64,000 nt of DNA from assembly GCA_964057225.1 (NCBI GenBank), contig OZ059894.1:17670001-17734000 (forward strand), read 5' to 3'. Positions 40,313-53,291 of this stretch are shown one piece after another. Made by a program: the position numbers and the translations under genes. This DNA comes from Auanema rhodensis. Its lineage: Eukaryota; Animalia; Nematoda. The notes below the pieces were generated by a model that saw nothing but the letters and a program-made list of their open reading frames with translations, ran no database searches and was not told where the DNA came from. Positions within the stretch are counted from its first letter, which is position 1. The number at the start of each line of letters is the position of its first letter.

Positions 40313-42710
40313 TTAAAGAATTGTTGACATATCATATTGTAAATCGAACCAAAGGAACATAAATCCCATAAGGAAGAAAAAGAGGAATGAAGTTACAATA
40401 TACATTATTAGTGAAGTTCCACTGGCAAGAGATGTAAACGATATTAAACCTGCACAGAAGCAGCAGATAAGTCCATATGAAATCCATTTAAGTGATGTGT
40501 ATCGGAAATATTCATCCTAAAATTGTATTAACAATAAAGAATAACATGTTAGTTGTATTATTTTACCGTTGTACCCCGTCTTTTATGACGACGAACTTTA
40601 CATTCTCTGTGTTTCAGTGGTTTTTTCACTCTACGAGGAACATCTCTCACTGCTTCTTCTGCAGCATCCCAATTGTGGGGACCAAACATTCGGTAAATAT
40701 ATGGAACATTTGGTCCCATAAATAGTCTCATTCCAAATCGTGGATCTTTCAAAGCTATCTAATATGAAAGAAGTAAGATGGACAATCTTTTGGCAACAAA
40801 AACCTTCCAAACATCTGGTTTACAACCAATGATTTCTGCTATTTCGTCCATATATTTGATATAATCAACCTAAGTAACATTTGGATAATAGAAAAACATT
40901 AAAAAAAACCTGAATTGTATGTTTTTCACTTTTGAAATATCGCCTTTCAATTTGCTTTTGTTTTATTTCAATATCCTCTATTCTTCTTTCCGGTCCTGGT
41001 AGTTTTTGGCAGCCACTGAAAACTCTGGCAACCCATCGAGACTAAAAATGAAAACTTTTTACTGTTTTCTATTACATAAATAAAATTTATTTTACATGAG
41101 ATTACACATATAAAATGATATCAATAAAAATACATTCATTATATTATTGTTAACTATTGTTGGCAAACAGCACGTGATTATTTTGACAAATTTTCGATCT
41201 GTGAAAATATCACCAACCTGTATTTCAGCGATAGGTGCAACACTTCCAATCGGTTGTATCAACCCAATTATAGCTAAATCGTTTCTTTCAGGAGGAAACA
41301 CAAATTTATAAAGGTTCACTTTATGATTCTAAAATTATATTTTAAAACATTGAGAGTATACTGAAAAAAACTTCGATTGGAATGATTCCTTCAGGAAGGA
41401 ACGGGAAATTAAAAGTATAGCCCGTACAATGTATCAATATATCACACTCAACTTCTTTACCATTAGTGAGAATTATACTGTTTTCAGTAAGTTCTTGAAT
41501 ATCTTCCTAAATCATTTTTTTCGAAATGTCGTTATTTTCTAGTAGATACCCCAATCGTAATATAGCCAGCTGAGATCAAGTTAGCCAAACTATCGTTTAC
41601 AGTTGGATGCTGTTGAAAAAACCTACAATTAATATTTTGATTTGAACTATAATGGAAGAAAAAAGAATATTTGGTCTAACCTATGACTAGGTCGAAGACC
41701 GTATATGTCATGGTCCATACGTTGTTGTAACCTATGTTCCATAAAATCATTCGCTACAACCCAAGGGATTGTGTCCATTATCCAATTGTAGTATCTTAAT
41801 ACAATATACTATTCATATTTTCATATTTCTTCTGATTAACCTTGTCATAAACAAAGTATCATATGGCATACCACCTTCAGCTACTCGATTAAAGATCCAT
41901 GTTCCTCGTCGAGTAGAAACAGTAACCTAAAAAATTATTTTAACAGTTGTACTCTGCTGTTTCAATTGACACACTTACAGATTTAGAGATTTTCGCTATA
42001 TCAACAGCAATATCCAAAGCGGAATTTCCTATTCCTAATACAACAACATTTTTATTTTCAAATCCATGGAAGTTTCGATATTCACGAGCATGCATAATTT
42101 TTCCTTTAAACTTATCCATATCTGTAATCAATATACGATTGATGGAACGTTTCTGACAGACATTTGTTTTACTTTTGAGTGTAGCGTATTGTGGAGTAGA
42201 ATGATGTCCTGTGCATATCATCAGCTTGTCGAATTCTTCTGTACTTCCAGTATTAAGATATACAACCCAACGACCATTATCTGCTTTCTCCACCTATTCA
42301 CCAAGAATTTACTATATTTACCTAAATTATAACTTACTTTATTTACAACCGTATTGAAGACAATATGTTTCAAAAGATCAAATTTTTCAGCATACATATG
42401 AAGATATTTATTAACGTAGGAGTGATGCATAAAGTTAGAATAATCCTCAGGAGGTGGAAAGTCTGAATAAGCCATCATTTCTTTTGATGTATTCACAACA
42501 GTTGATTCCATAACTGTTGAAGTAATCTATAATTTGAATGAAATATTAAATTTTTAACTGTATAACAACGTCAGGATCATTAGGACGATAATTCCAAAGA
42601 CCTCCAATTTGATTTGTTTTCTCGTAGCACACTACTTCCAAGCCTTCCTCAAGGCAGGACTTGATGCTCGGAAGTCCACAAGCACCAGCCCCAATTACAC
42701 ACACTCTCAT
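40313..42710 (-). CDS. fmo-4: Flavin-containing monooxygenase (FMO-4 type)
   Basis: [15 protein letters not shown] motif, [14 protein letters not shown] motif, GIGNSA NADPH motif, RRHKRRG followed by a hydrophobic tail ending [13 protein letters not shown]. Confidence 0.93.
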
Positions 42711-42984
42711 AATCTGAATGATTCAATGAAAACTATGTTAAAATATATTTGAAAACGTAGAGAATATACAAAACACAGATAACATATAGCCAATAGACTA
42801 CGTGCATTGATTTGACGGTCGCTGGGGACGTCGAAGGTTGACCTCATTCTAAGGATTTCCATTGATCAGTGTCTTTGAAACTTGGAACAACACTGTTGGA
42901 TGTACTCTGGACCACAGACGGAACGATAGTGATTAAAGAAAGAGAGAACGAAAGATTTTATTAGTAAAAACGAGTTTATGACAT

Positions 42985-44113
42985 CTATGAATACACGAAT
43001 TGTATAAAAGCATTTAAAGGAGTTTTCTCAAAATCGGCATCTAACAACGGAATATTGTTTTTCGATACTGTTTTGTCTGTGTCAGATTCAGCCAAATTAA
43101 TATTGATATGTTTCTTTATGTCTTCCAAACACCACTCCCGGTTGGTGTTGTTTGATCTAATAACCGCATGTAAAGCTGAAGGGCAATTTTCTTCAATAAC
43201 CGCTCTATGTTCCTGGTTAGGTATCATGAATCTACTCGCAGCATTGCCCGAGAGCATTGAACGAGAAACACTCTGAAACAACTCACAATAATGATCGAGT
43301 ATTTTCTAAAAACTACCGTAGCGGCGAATGAAGTAGCGAATATAGAAAGAAGAGAGACAGTATATACAACCGATAGCATTCCTAGTATAGCGATGAAGTC
43401 TTTAATAATTTCACAACATTTTGAAGTATCCAATAATAGGAATAATTCATTGTATGTTGAGAAATCATGTTTCTTCAGTGAATTAGCAGCTACCCACTTC
43501 TCTACAGAATTTAACCACGTTTCAAAATCCTCATTCTTTACGTTCACATTCCAATCCTAATATATTTGATTTAATTAATTTGATGAACAATTTGAATAAC
43601 CAAGTTCTTGATAAAAGCCCATTCCAAGTTGTTCACATGATCAGTAGAAATATTCATAGCTTCAGCCCATTCACAGTTGGTTGCTCTATCTACACAATCA
43701 GCATCATGTAAAAATTTAGAAGCGAGAATCAGAGCAGGAAGGTATAAATCGGTTGGTTCAGAAGCCTCAAAAAATGCCTATAAAACATCTGTTTAGGTTT
43801 CCTCAAACTCAAGTGTTATACTTTATCCTTAATCCTCAAACGGTCTAAGTACACCATTGCGACTACCATAGTGCATGGGTCAGCGAGTCCTGCGCGAGAA
43901 ATGTTAGAAGAGCTTTGCAAATCCATATAATCATAAGGTGAATGAGAATCAAAGTAGTCCACGATCATCTCTGTAAGAATTAGGTTACTGATGTTTTCAG
44001 CTTTAATTACCTGTAAGAGGACCATTCAACGTATGGGCATCACGTTGCCCAAAGTTTAATGTTCTTTTCATTCTTTTCCGTACTTGGCGGAAGCTCGAAA
44101 ACATCGGAGCCAT
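42985..44113 (-). CDS. CNPPD1-like cyclin (Pas1/PHO80 domain) protein
   Basis: IVDYFDSHSPYDY, DPCTMVVAMVYLDRL, LILASKFLHD, C-terminal transmembrane-like segment. Confidence 0.8.
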
Positions 44114-44504
44114 CTAAAAGTAAACAAAAGATAATTTTTGTCATCAAATTTACTTGTATATAAATAAAAACAAGAAAATGTGTTATATAGGTAGAACAAT
44201 TATTTTCATAAATAAAATAGCTTCTTTAGATCTGAAATATAAAAAAACATTTACAGATAAGAATAAAAATAAAAATTTTCTGTATCACATGTCCGTATTT
44301 AATTCTAAAAATTTCAACTAGGGAATGAATGAGTTTTTATTACTAATTTTCCTTTCAATTTACTGCTTTCAATTAGTTGTATTTATTAATACTAATTGCT
44401 ATTAGTTGAGCTATAACAGTAGATGAGCAATTAATAGTAAATTATATTAGTTATTACAAAGATTTCTGGCAACATGCCAACAGCTGCATATCGCTTGGCC
44501 CCTT

Positions 44505-44600
44505 TTTCCCGTTGTTTTGAGTTGACGCGCAGCGGCTAGCGTTGCGTGCGCGCGACAAGCGAACGCGGCGTCTTAGTTTGTCGCGGGATCTTTTGCGTTT
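44505..44600. promoter_or_regulatory. CG-rich island, likely bidirectional promoter
   Basis: Dense CGCG/GCGC cluster in otherwise AT-rich DNA between divergent ATGs at 44113 and 44819; contains inverted repeat CGCGACAA...TTGTCGCG. Confidence 0.55.
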
Positions 44601-44818
44601 TTTTACGTTTTCAAATGTTATTGCTTCAACCAAACATTTAAATAAGCTATTAAGTTGGGTATTTAAATTATTTTTTTCCTCAATTTTTTAAATTTATTTC
44701 TAATTTTTAATTATATTCTTTATTTAAAATGTTATTATTATTTCTCTCAAAATTTATTTGCCTTTGTACTATACTTTTTTCAATATTTGGAATAGTTCAA
44801 TTTTTTTTAGCTTTCAAC

Positions 44819-47071
44819 ATGTCTGGTGAAGCCGTAGCAACTACCACTGATCAGGGTGAGAAGCCAATTACTGAAAGCAAGGAATCAACTGAAAATATTT
44901 CCTCACCCAGCCGAGAATCAGCTATTGGTATTTGCTTTTGGGTGATTTTGAAAGTATATTTGTGGGTTTAGAGGGAAAGGTAGCCGATGCTGCAGAAACC
45001 GAGGCTACTGTTGCAAACGGTGAGGCCAACGGTAATCCTGAGGAATCAAAAGCAGAGAAAGTGGCAGAGCCTACTGGAGCGGCTGAACCTATTGCTGCAG
45101 AGCCCTCAGAATCGGCCGAGGCTAAAGCTGCGGCTGAACCAGAAGAGTCTGCTGAAAGTGTAGAAGAAGTAATAGAGAAAAAGGTATGCTGGTAATGCGT
45201 AAGTTCTACTAATAATAATGTTTGTAGGAAATTTCAATGGATACCACTGGACCAGCTGAAGCATCTGAAGCTGGGGAGCCTGCAGCTGCTGCTGCCCCCC
45301 AGGATGTGGAAAAGAAGGAAGATGAATCTGAAAAATGGGAAGTTATTGATGATGACGAAGTGAAGAAGGTGAATTATATATTTTATTAATCCATTAAAAT
45401 AAATGCTGTATAGGCTAAAGAAGCTGAAGAGCAACAAAAAGCTAAGGAAGCTGAGGCCGCCCAGAAAGCCGAGGAAGCTAAGAAGGCAGAGGAAGCCAAA
45501 AAGGTTGAAGAAGCTAAAAAGGCTGAAGAAGCTAAAAAGGCTGAAGAAGCTAAAAAGGCTGAAGAAGCTAAAAAGGCTGAAGAAGCTAAGAAGGCTGAAG
45601 AAGCTAAGAAGGCCGAAGAAGCCAAGAAGGCTGAAGAAGCTAAGAAAGTTGAGCAAGCTAAGAAAGTTGAGCAAGCTAAGAAAGAAGCTGAAGAAGCCAA
45701 GAAGGCTGAGCAAGCCAAGAAAGCCGAAGAAGCCAAGAAAGCTGAGCAAGCTAAGAAAGATGCTGAAGAAGCCAAGAAAGCTGAGCAAGCCAAGAAAGCC
45801 GAAGAAGCCAAGAAAGCTGAACAGGCAAAGAAAGCTGAGCAAGCTAAGAAGGCCGAAGAAGCTAAGAAAGCCGAACAAGCTAAGAAAGCTGAGAAAGCCG
45901 AACAAGCCAAGAAAGCCGAGGAAGCTAAGAAAGCTGAAGAAGCTAAAAAGGCTGAATCTGATGCTGCTGCTAAGGATGAGGAGAAGGTATGCTTTTTTCT
46001 CTTTATTTACTCTATTAGTTCTTTTGTTCAAATATACTATTGTAGTCTGAAACTAAGGAAAAATCACCCGCTAAAGATGATGATGAGGTTTGTTTGCATT
46101 AACAGTTTCGAGTGTTGAATCAATAATTTTTAGGATGACGATGAAGCCATGCATATTGATGAAAAAGAAGAAACAGAATCCGAGGATTCTAACGCTGTTG
46201 CTGAGGAGAAAGCTGCTCCTGTAGAAACAGTCAGTCCTGCTAGGGGACGCGGAAGAGGTAAATAACTTTTTCAATCTTTGAAGGGAATATGATCTTAATT
46301 TTAAGGTCGTGGAAGAGGAAGAGCATCGGCTGTAGTAACTCGCACTCCAAAAACTCCACGTGTTCAAACAGAAACTGATGTAGTTATTATTAACATATTA
46401 TATCATAAATGACTTTGTTTAGCGTGAATCGATTGCATCCACAAGACCCCGTCGTTCAACTTCTCAACGAGTTGATTATGCCAATCCTGATACCTCTACT
46501 GTTTTAGCTGAAGTTGATGATGAGATTCCAGGAAAATTATTCAAGGTATGCAACCACCTCAAACAACTGGGCTACGTTTTATCTATAGGGCGCACGTGGA
46601 CGTGGTCGTGGACGTGGTAGAGGACGCGGTAGAAGCGGAAGAAACTCAGACTCCGATAGTGATCATCCTGTTAGCGACGATGATGATGTAAAAATACTTT
46701 ATGCGGATCTAATTCTTATATTAATTTTTTTAGGAGTTTGGAAAAAAGAAGAAAGCTGCTGGAAGAGGTCGTGGACGTGGTCGTGGTAGAGGCCGTGGAC
46801 GAGGCCGCGGTAAAACTACCGGATCTACTCGTCATGATGTATGCAAGGTGTAAAACAATATTTTTAATGAATTATAATTAAGGAATCCGAGGAGGAAGAG
46901 GAAGTGGTGTTTGATGACTCTAAGAGTGATGGAGATGAAGGTAGTGATGAAGAGGTAATGTATGTTCGTATGAAAAATATTAATATATCGTATTCACAGG
47001 CTTTGCCAACAAAAAGACGCGCGGCTGAGAACACTGTTCCTCCTAAAAAAAGGGCTAAATGCTCAGACTAA
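44819..47071 (+). CDS. Low-complexity nuclear protein: acidic N-terminus, (KKAEEA)n helix, RG repeats, C-terminal bipartite NLS
   Basis: MSGEAVATTT start after ttttag; spliced exons give KAEEAKK repeats, RPRRSTSQRVDY, (RG)n, ends KRRAAENTVPPKKRAKCSD-TAA. Confidence 0.85.
45415..45960 (+). repeat. Coding 18-bp tandem repeat (KKAEEA/KKAEQA)
   Basis: Roughly 28 degenerate copies of AAGAAGGCTGAAGAAGCT-type units within one exon. Confidence 0.9.
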
Positions 47072-47804
47072 GTCATCATATGTTCTGATTTTGATTAACT
47101 CCCAATTTTTAAAATTTAATTATATTAATATTCTTTGCTAACATTTGCCAATGCCAGTGTTGTCTAGTTTGTCTCTGCTTTGCATTTTATGCGTCTCAAA
47201 GGCTGCTAGGTTCTTATAATTTTGTACATATTTAATAGGAACATTCTCATTTTAATGCCTGTATCATAACGTTCTCTTGTGCTCTATGTGTACTAATTAT
47301 GGTAACGACTAGTTAATTAATGAACTCATTGTTATATTCAAACGGATCATCAATCTATGGATCATCTCCTGTTTTTTTAAACAGTATTGTTGTTAAATAA
47401 TAAATAAATTGTTGTGCTCTATATAAGGCCTTTTTGAAGAAAAATGAATATTGTAATCAATGTGATGTGGTTTGTGTCCATAGTAGTTTACAATCTATAT
47501 CGGTATAAAAACTTGTAATAATCGTTACCTGGATAAAATCGTTAAGTGGTCGACAAATCAGTCTAGTTCGATTAGTGGCCAAAGGTGTTTCGTCAGTATG
47601 GGTAAGAGGGTGCCTATATATGCGGTCAGTTTTATTTAATTTTTTCTTTGTAAATCTAAAGAGAGGAAAAAGGGTGTTTCTTAGCAACGGCAGCCGAATT
47701 AATAATGAATCGAAAGGCGCCGCCTCTCTTGGGTGGGAAGCATCGATTGTCCTCTATCTAATTTATACTTAGCGCTTTTGCTCTGAAGCGTTCCCCTTGT
47801 GGTC

Positions 47805-50494
47805 ATGATTCCTATTGGAGAGGTATGTATAAATATATATGTGTATAAGAAGATTGAAATTTCAAGTTGATTTCAATTTATATTTCTTCAATGCAATACT
47901 AAACTTCAAATTATTTTGAGCATTGTTACGGCAGACTCATAGAAAAGTTATTTTGAATATTACTACTAATAGAAAATTTTAATTTGTCTCTATAGCACTA
48001 ATATTGTCATCGATTTGAAAAATGCATGAATATAGTTGATTTCAATCATTTACTGAATCTCAGGAACAAAATATTTCATTTAACTAATTTCTCTCAAATG
48101 ATTGAGGGAAAAATGACTTTCTGGATGGCTTTTAATGTATTGATTTTAGACACAAGATGGTCGAGCCGATATGACCAATTTCGAGATGGACTTATTTGAC
48201 ACCAGAATGAGCAATTATAAATCTGATAAAGATGATGAACAGTGTTGCAGGTAAAGTTCGAATTCGAATACCCTTTTAGTATAACTGAGTATAATACATA
48301 CTAGAATATTCGAACATGCTGAGGGAGGGGGGAATGGGTAAAAATGTAGCAAGCAACATAATGGCGTGATAGCCAAAGAAAGACCGCTGCCTGTTGATTT
48401 TTCAGTTTTCGAATTTTAAGTGTTTTTGTTTTTTCATCATTTCTTTTTCCAATTAAATAGATATTTAAAACCCAAAGTCATTGTTATATCCAATTTCAAT
48501 GCTATAGCTTTTAATGGGTTGAGGAAGCTCAACCATTTCTGCTTTCATTTCTTTGTTTCATTTCTTAAAATCACCATCATTTCAAGCAGTAAATGGTATT
48601 ACCAAGAAAATCCGATTTCGATGCTATTCGAGAACATTACCTTTATACCTCTCGAATATATGCAAGTGAAAATGATGAGTGTAGGTTCTCCTGTAGGTCA
48701 GAGCAACTTTACCTCTTTATTCATCAAATGTCTATCTAAACTATTTGCAGTTCTTCCCGAAATCGTGTCATAAAGCCTGCTTGCCTGCCTATAACGGTCA
48801 TATCTCTCTTCATTATCACGCTTGTCTTTCTCCCTTTATTCAATGAGGAAGATCTCGAGGCTCCCGCTAAACTAGCTTCCTATTGTGACGCTTCATGTAA
48901 CTTAGAGCTCGTCGAATCAATTCCTACGGGTCTCAAATTCGAATCTGGAGATATTCATAATAGAACTCACTTAGCATGGATTGTAAGTGTTAAAACTTCA
49001 TTTGCGTTTATGTTCATTTCTTTTATTTAGGATTTGATTGATAATGCAGAGCGCTACATAGATATAGCTGCTCTATATTGGAACCTCAATGAATCGGATT
49101 ATACAACATCGATATATGGCAAATCTGTTTTTCAATCTTTGATTAATGCTGGTCGCAGAGGCGTTAAGGTATTTTGCATAATTTATGAGCGACATAAAAT
49201 TTCTTGTTATTTAAGATTCGAATTGCCCAAGATATTTCCAATGGATTATCAACTAATGAGGATTCCAAATATCTTCAAGAACATAATTTAGCTCAGGCAT
49301 TTATGATTTTCTTTCAATTTTAGAGTTATAACTTATAGGTACGAACGCTGAATTTCAGCAGACTGGTTGGCTCTGGTGTCCTTCATACAAAATTCATTAT
49401 TGCCGACTTGCATAGCATTTATCTCGGATCTGCTAACATGGATTGGAAATCTTTAGCTGAAGTCTCAGAATTTAAAATTACTTGTCGCACGAATACTACT
49501 TGTTTTCAGGTAAAAGAGTTGGGAATAACAGCTAGACAATGCCCATGCCTGGCTACCGATTTGTTCAAGATTTTCGCAGTTTATTGGAGATTGGGAGAAG
49601 TAATATTTCTTTCTTTGTTTACTGTGTTATAATATCATTCTTAAGGATGCTAAAATTCCTGACAAATGGCCAATTTCATATAGAACGACATTCAACAAGG
49701 AAACTCCAATGCCTTTATTGATTAATAATCAAACATCCTCAGTGTTTATTTCAGTAAAATTGAACAACAATTGAAATAAGTTTAAAAATATTGATTACAG
49801 AGTGCTCCTTCTGCTTTCAATCCAAAAGGCCGTGAGCATGATCTTGATGCTATTAAATATGTTATTGAGAAATCAGAAGAGTTTGTATATGTTGCTGTAA
49901 TGGACTTTATACCTCAAACATTATATATGAAACAAAATAGGTAATATGAAAAAAGTGATTTCAAAACAATAGAAAGCATTTAGATATTGGCCGGCTCTTG
50001 ATGATTCTCTTCGATCAGCTGCTTTTAATGGCAAGCATGTTCGTCTTTTGATTAGTAATTGGACTCATTCGAGGCCATCTGAAGTGGTGTACTTACGAAG
50101 CCTTATCGCTATTAACCCTGCTCTCAAGAAAGGCTCTATAAAAGTTGTACGTATTTCTTTCTAAATCCCTGGGGGATTTTATTGTTTTTTTTTTTAGAAG
50201 CTATTTACTGTACCAGCGACTTCTGAGCAAAGTAAAATACCATTCGCTAGAGTTAATCATAATAAATACATGGTAACTGATCAACATGGTTTTGTTGGTA
50301 AGATTTGCCGATCAAATGCACATTTCCACTGATTTCAATTTTCAGGAACTTCAAATTGGGCTGGTGACTATTTTATCACAACCGCTGGTGTTGGTTTCAT
50401 CATAGAAAGCACTGGACAGAATAATTTAAGAGAACAGCTTCAAAATGTATTCGAAAGGGATTGGAATTCTCCTTACGCTGAGGAACTTCTCTAA
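47805..50494 (+). CDS. PLD3/PLD4-family phospholipase D-like exonuclease, type II membrane protein
   Basis: Two HKD motifs (HTKFIIAD, HNKYMVTD), YLGSANMDWKSL, GTSNWAGDYF, N-terminal transmembrane segment. Confidence 0.92.
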
Positions 50495-51261
50495 CTCGAT
50501 ATATTCATCAAATTTTTATGTTCATTTGTATATTAAATTAAAGAACTAGAAGTTCATAATACTCACTCAAAATTATCGTTGCGGCGGGTGCAATAACCAT
50601 TACAAATAGTTTTTGTGAATAAACATATCGTCTAAAATTCTTCATATTTGGCTAATAAATGATTTGATCTAGTTTTGTTGATGAACTTAGAAAGAATCAA
50701 AACGGAATTCCGATAGCTTTCCTGATTTTGTCAAGATTACGAGCTGTTCAGTTGCATGCCAATTGTTATCCATTGGTATTGATTGTGAATTTATATTTTT
50801 TTATAACTGCTGCTCAAATCAAATAGTCGTGCTTTTGAAAATATTAATAAACTCCGAAGTTTAGTTATACTACCAAATAAGATTCTTTTAATAAATTAAT
50901 TTTGTTAGAATATTTTGGTTTTGAAATTATCTCGAACAAGTAGTACAATAGTTACGAAAAATTATCGAAATTCACTAATAATGAATAGGTATGTCAAAAA
51001 TATGAGATCATTACTTTTAGAATATTTTTAAATGAAAACTTTGTAGATTTGATAGATGTCAATAATTATCGAATTTTACTATATCCAGTTCAAAAAATTA
51101 CATAATTTTCTGAAAACTCATGTATATCAATATAAAATTAGTAGCGCATGAAACTCTTGACGTGTATAAATATTATACGTAACAGCTCATCAACTTTTTA
51201 CGTACAAATTAATGTTATTTGAATATTTAAGTTTTTTAAAATAATAACCTTTATTTTAGTT

Positions 51262-52914
51262 ATGTACTTATGGACCCTAGCTATAAACGCGGGCCTAAGT
51301 GGCTTAGCAGCTTTTATATGCGTCCGATTAATCAAAGAATACATCCCTATATTTATACAGAGAAAAATGTCTGGAAATGATCAGTGCAAAGTAAAACTCC
51401 GAAGAAACGAGGATATTATTTATTAAAATTCTGTTTCAGGTTAGTAATGATCCTGTTCCGGAACCTATGGGCGTTATCTGTGCTGCAGTTTATCTGATCA
51501 TTATGTTTTTATTTATACCCATTCCTTTTGTTGAATGGATTGGATTTGAGTAATATCCAGAGTATCTCGAGTTTTACCAAACTCTTTGTTTATAGATCTT
51601 CTTTTCCTCATGCAAAATTCTTAGCTTTTCTCTCCGCTTTGATTTCAATTTGTACGGCTATTCTACTAGGCTTTGCGGATGATGTTCTTGATCTTCGTTG
51701 GAGACATAAGCTTCTTTTCCCGACACTCTCATCTCTTCCTGTACTAATGGTATATTATGTTCAAGGTTTACCTAGTGTGTTTGATAAATGTACAATCATA
51801 TTTTGTAGGAAACTCAACAACTGTTGCAATTCCATCAATTTTCCGTAATCTTTTGATTCAATTAGCACCTCACTTTGGTGATATTGAGACGTTCCCGCAC
51901 TCCATTAATATTTCTTTCCTTTATTATATTTTTATGGGAATGGTTATTGTTTTTTGCACTAATGCAATCAACATCTTAGCAGGTTTTTTGAACTTTTCTT
52001 TTTGTGTTATTTTACTTGTTGTAGGAATTAACGGATTAGAAAGTGGCCAATCTCTTGTAATAGCTGCTGGAGTTGCACTGTTCAACTTGATTCAAGTATG
52101 ATTATGATTTAGACTTCTGAAACAGTGAGTATTCCAGCTGATCAGATTAGATTTCAATTCGTGGGATCAACTTTTATCATTATATTTCTTATTGCCATTC
52201 ATCGCTTGTAACTCGGTACTATTTTATTTTAACAAAGTAAGTTGCTGCTTTGGTAATTTTTTTGACTAATGTTTGTAGTACCCTGCTAAAGTTTTTGTTG
52301 GCGATACCTTCTGCTATTGGGCTGGAATGACATTAGCTGTTGTTTCAATTTTAGGCCATTTCAGCAAGACATTGATGCTTTTCTTAATACCACAAGTTAA
52401 TTTTGGAATTTTACCGTATTCTAATATTGATTTAGATTACTAATTTCTTATTTTCTATTCCTCAATTATTCCATTGGGTGCCTTGTCCACGACACCGTCT
52501 TCCTAAATTTGATCCTAAAGCTGATAAAGTTGGTTATACTTTCTATAATATTTTTGATTATACATTTATAGGTGGGTATGAGTTATTCTACTTTTAAAAT
52601 TACGGATCTCAAAGTTTTGGGTAGAATAGCCTTAAAAGTGTTCAGATTAGTGGGATTATTGCATTATAGAGAGTTTGAGAAGGATGGAGAAAAGTAAGTT
52701 TTTTATAATTTTCTTTCTTGTTTAAGAAAATATTTTTTTCAGATGGGTTGAAATTAATAATTTGACTATCATAAATGTGATTTTATACTATTCTGGCCCT
52801 ATCCATGAGAGTAGTCTCACTAATATCCTTCTAGTTATTCAAGTTTTAACTGTTGGTTTTGCTTTCTTTGTTAGGTTCTATTTAGCCGGTGTTTTCTACG
52901 ACGTTGTAAACTAG
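51262..52914 (+). CDS. algn-7: UDP-GlcNAc:dolichyl-phosphate GlcNAc-1-P transferase (DPAGT1/ALG7)
   Basis: [50 protein letters not shown]. Confidence 0.95.
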
Positions 52915-53225
52915 AAATTTATGGAAAAAGTTTTTCTTTTTGGTTTACTTGCCAGATCTTAACTATTCTATAGTTTTAAATGTTTGTTTCATTTCTTTCC
53001 TACTTGTCAGGTTTTCTTTCTTGATGTCTAGTTTCATTTTTATCGAATTTATACTTATTGGAGTTTTTACGGTTAGATTTTAATTCATTAGGGTATAAAT
53101 ATTGCTTTTTTGCTATTTAATAATTAGAACGTATTGAAACTTCAGGGCTTTTTGTCTAATATATGTTACTTTACTTTATATATTTTACTGTTTTAAAATG
53201 AAAAATTTTAGTAATTCGAAATAAA

Positions 53226-53252
53226 TCATAGATTTGTGAATTTCTATCGCTG
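53226..53252 (+). promoter_or_regulatory. Bipartite upstream motif TCATAGA-N11-CTATCGCTG (gene Y)
   Basis: Matches the motif at 24174-24148 (minus); ~40 nt upstream of ATG 53292. Confidence 0.7.
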
Positions 53253-53291
53253 ACAATAATATAAAAATTTCACCTCAAAATCTTATTCATA

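Noticed and set aside
45234-46050. Long ORFs in other frames and strand (KKLR, AFLASS, FSFL repeats)
   Set aside because: Shadows of the KKAEEA repeat; splice phases support the KAEEAK frame
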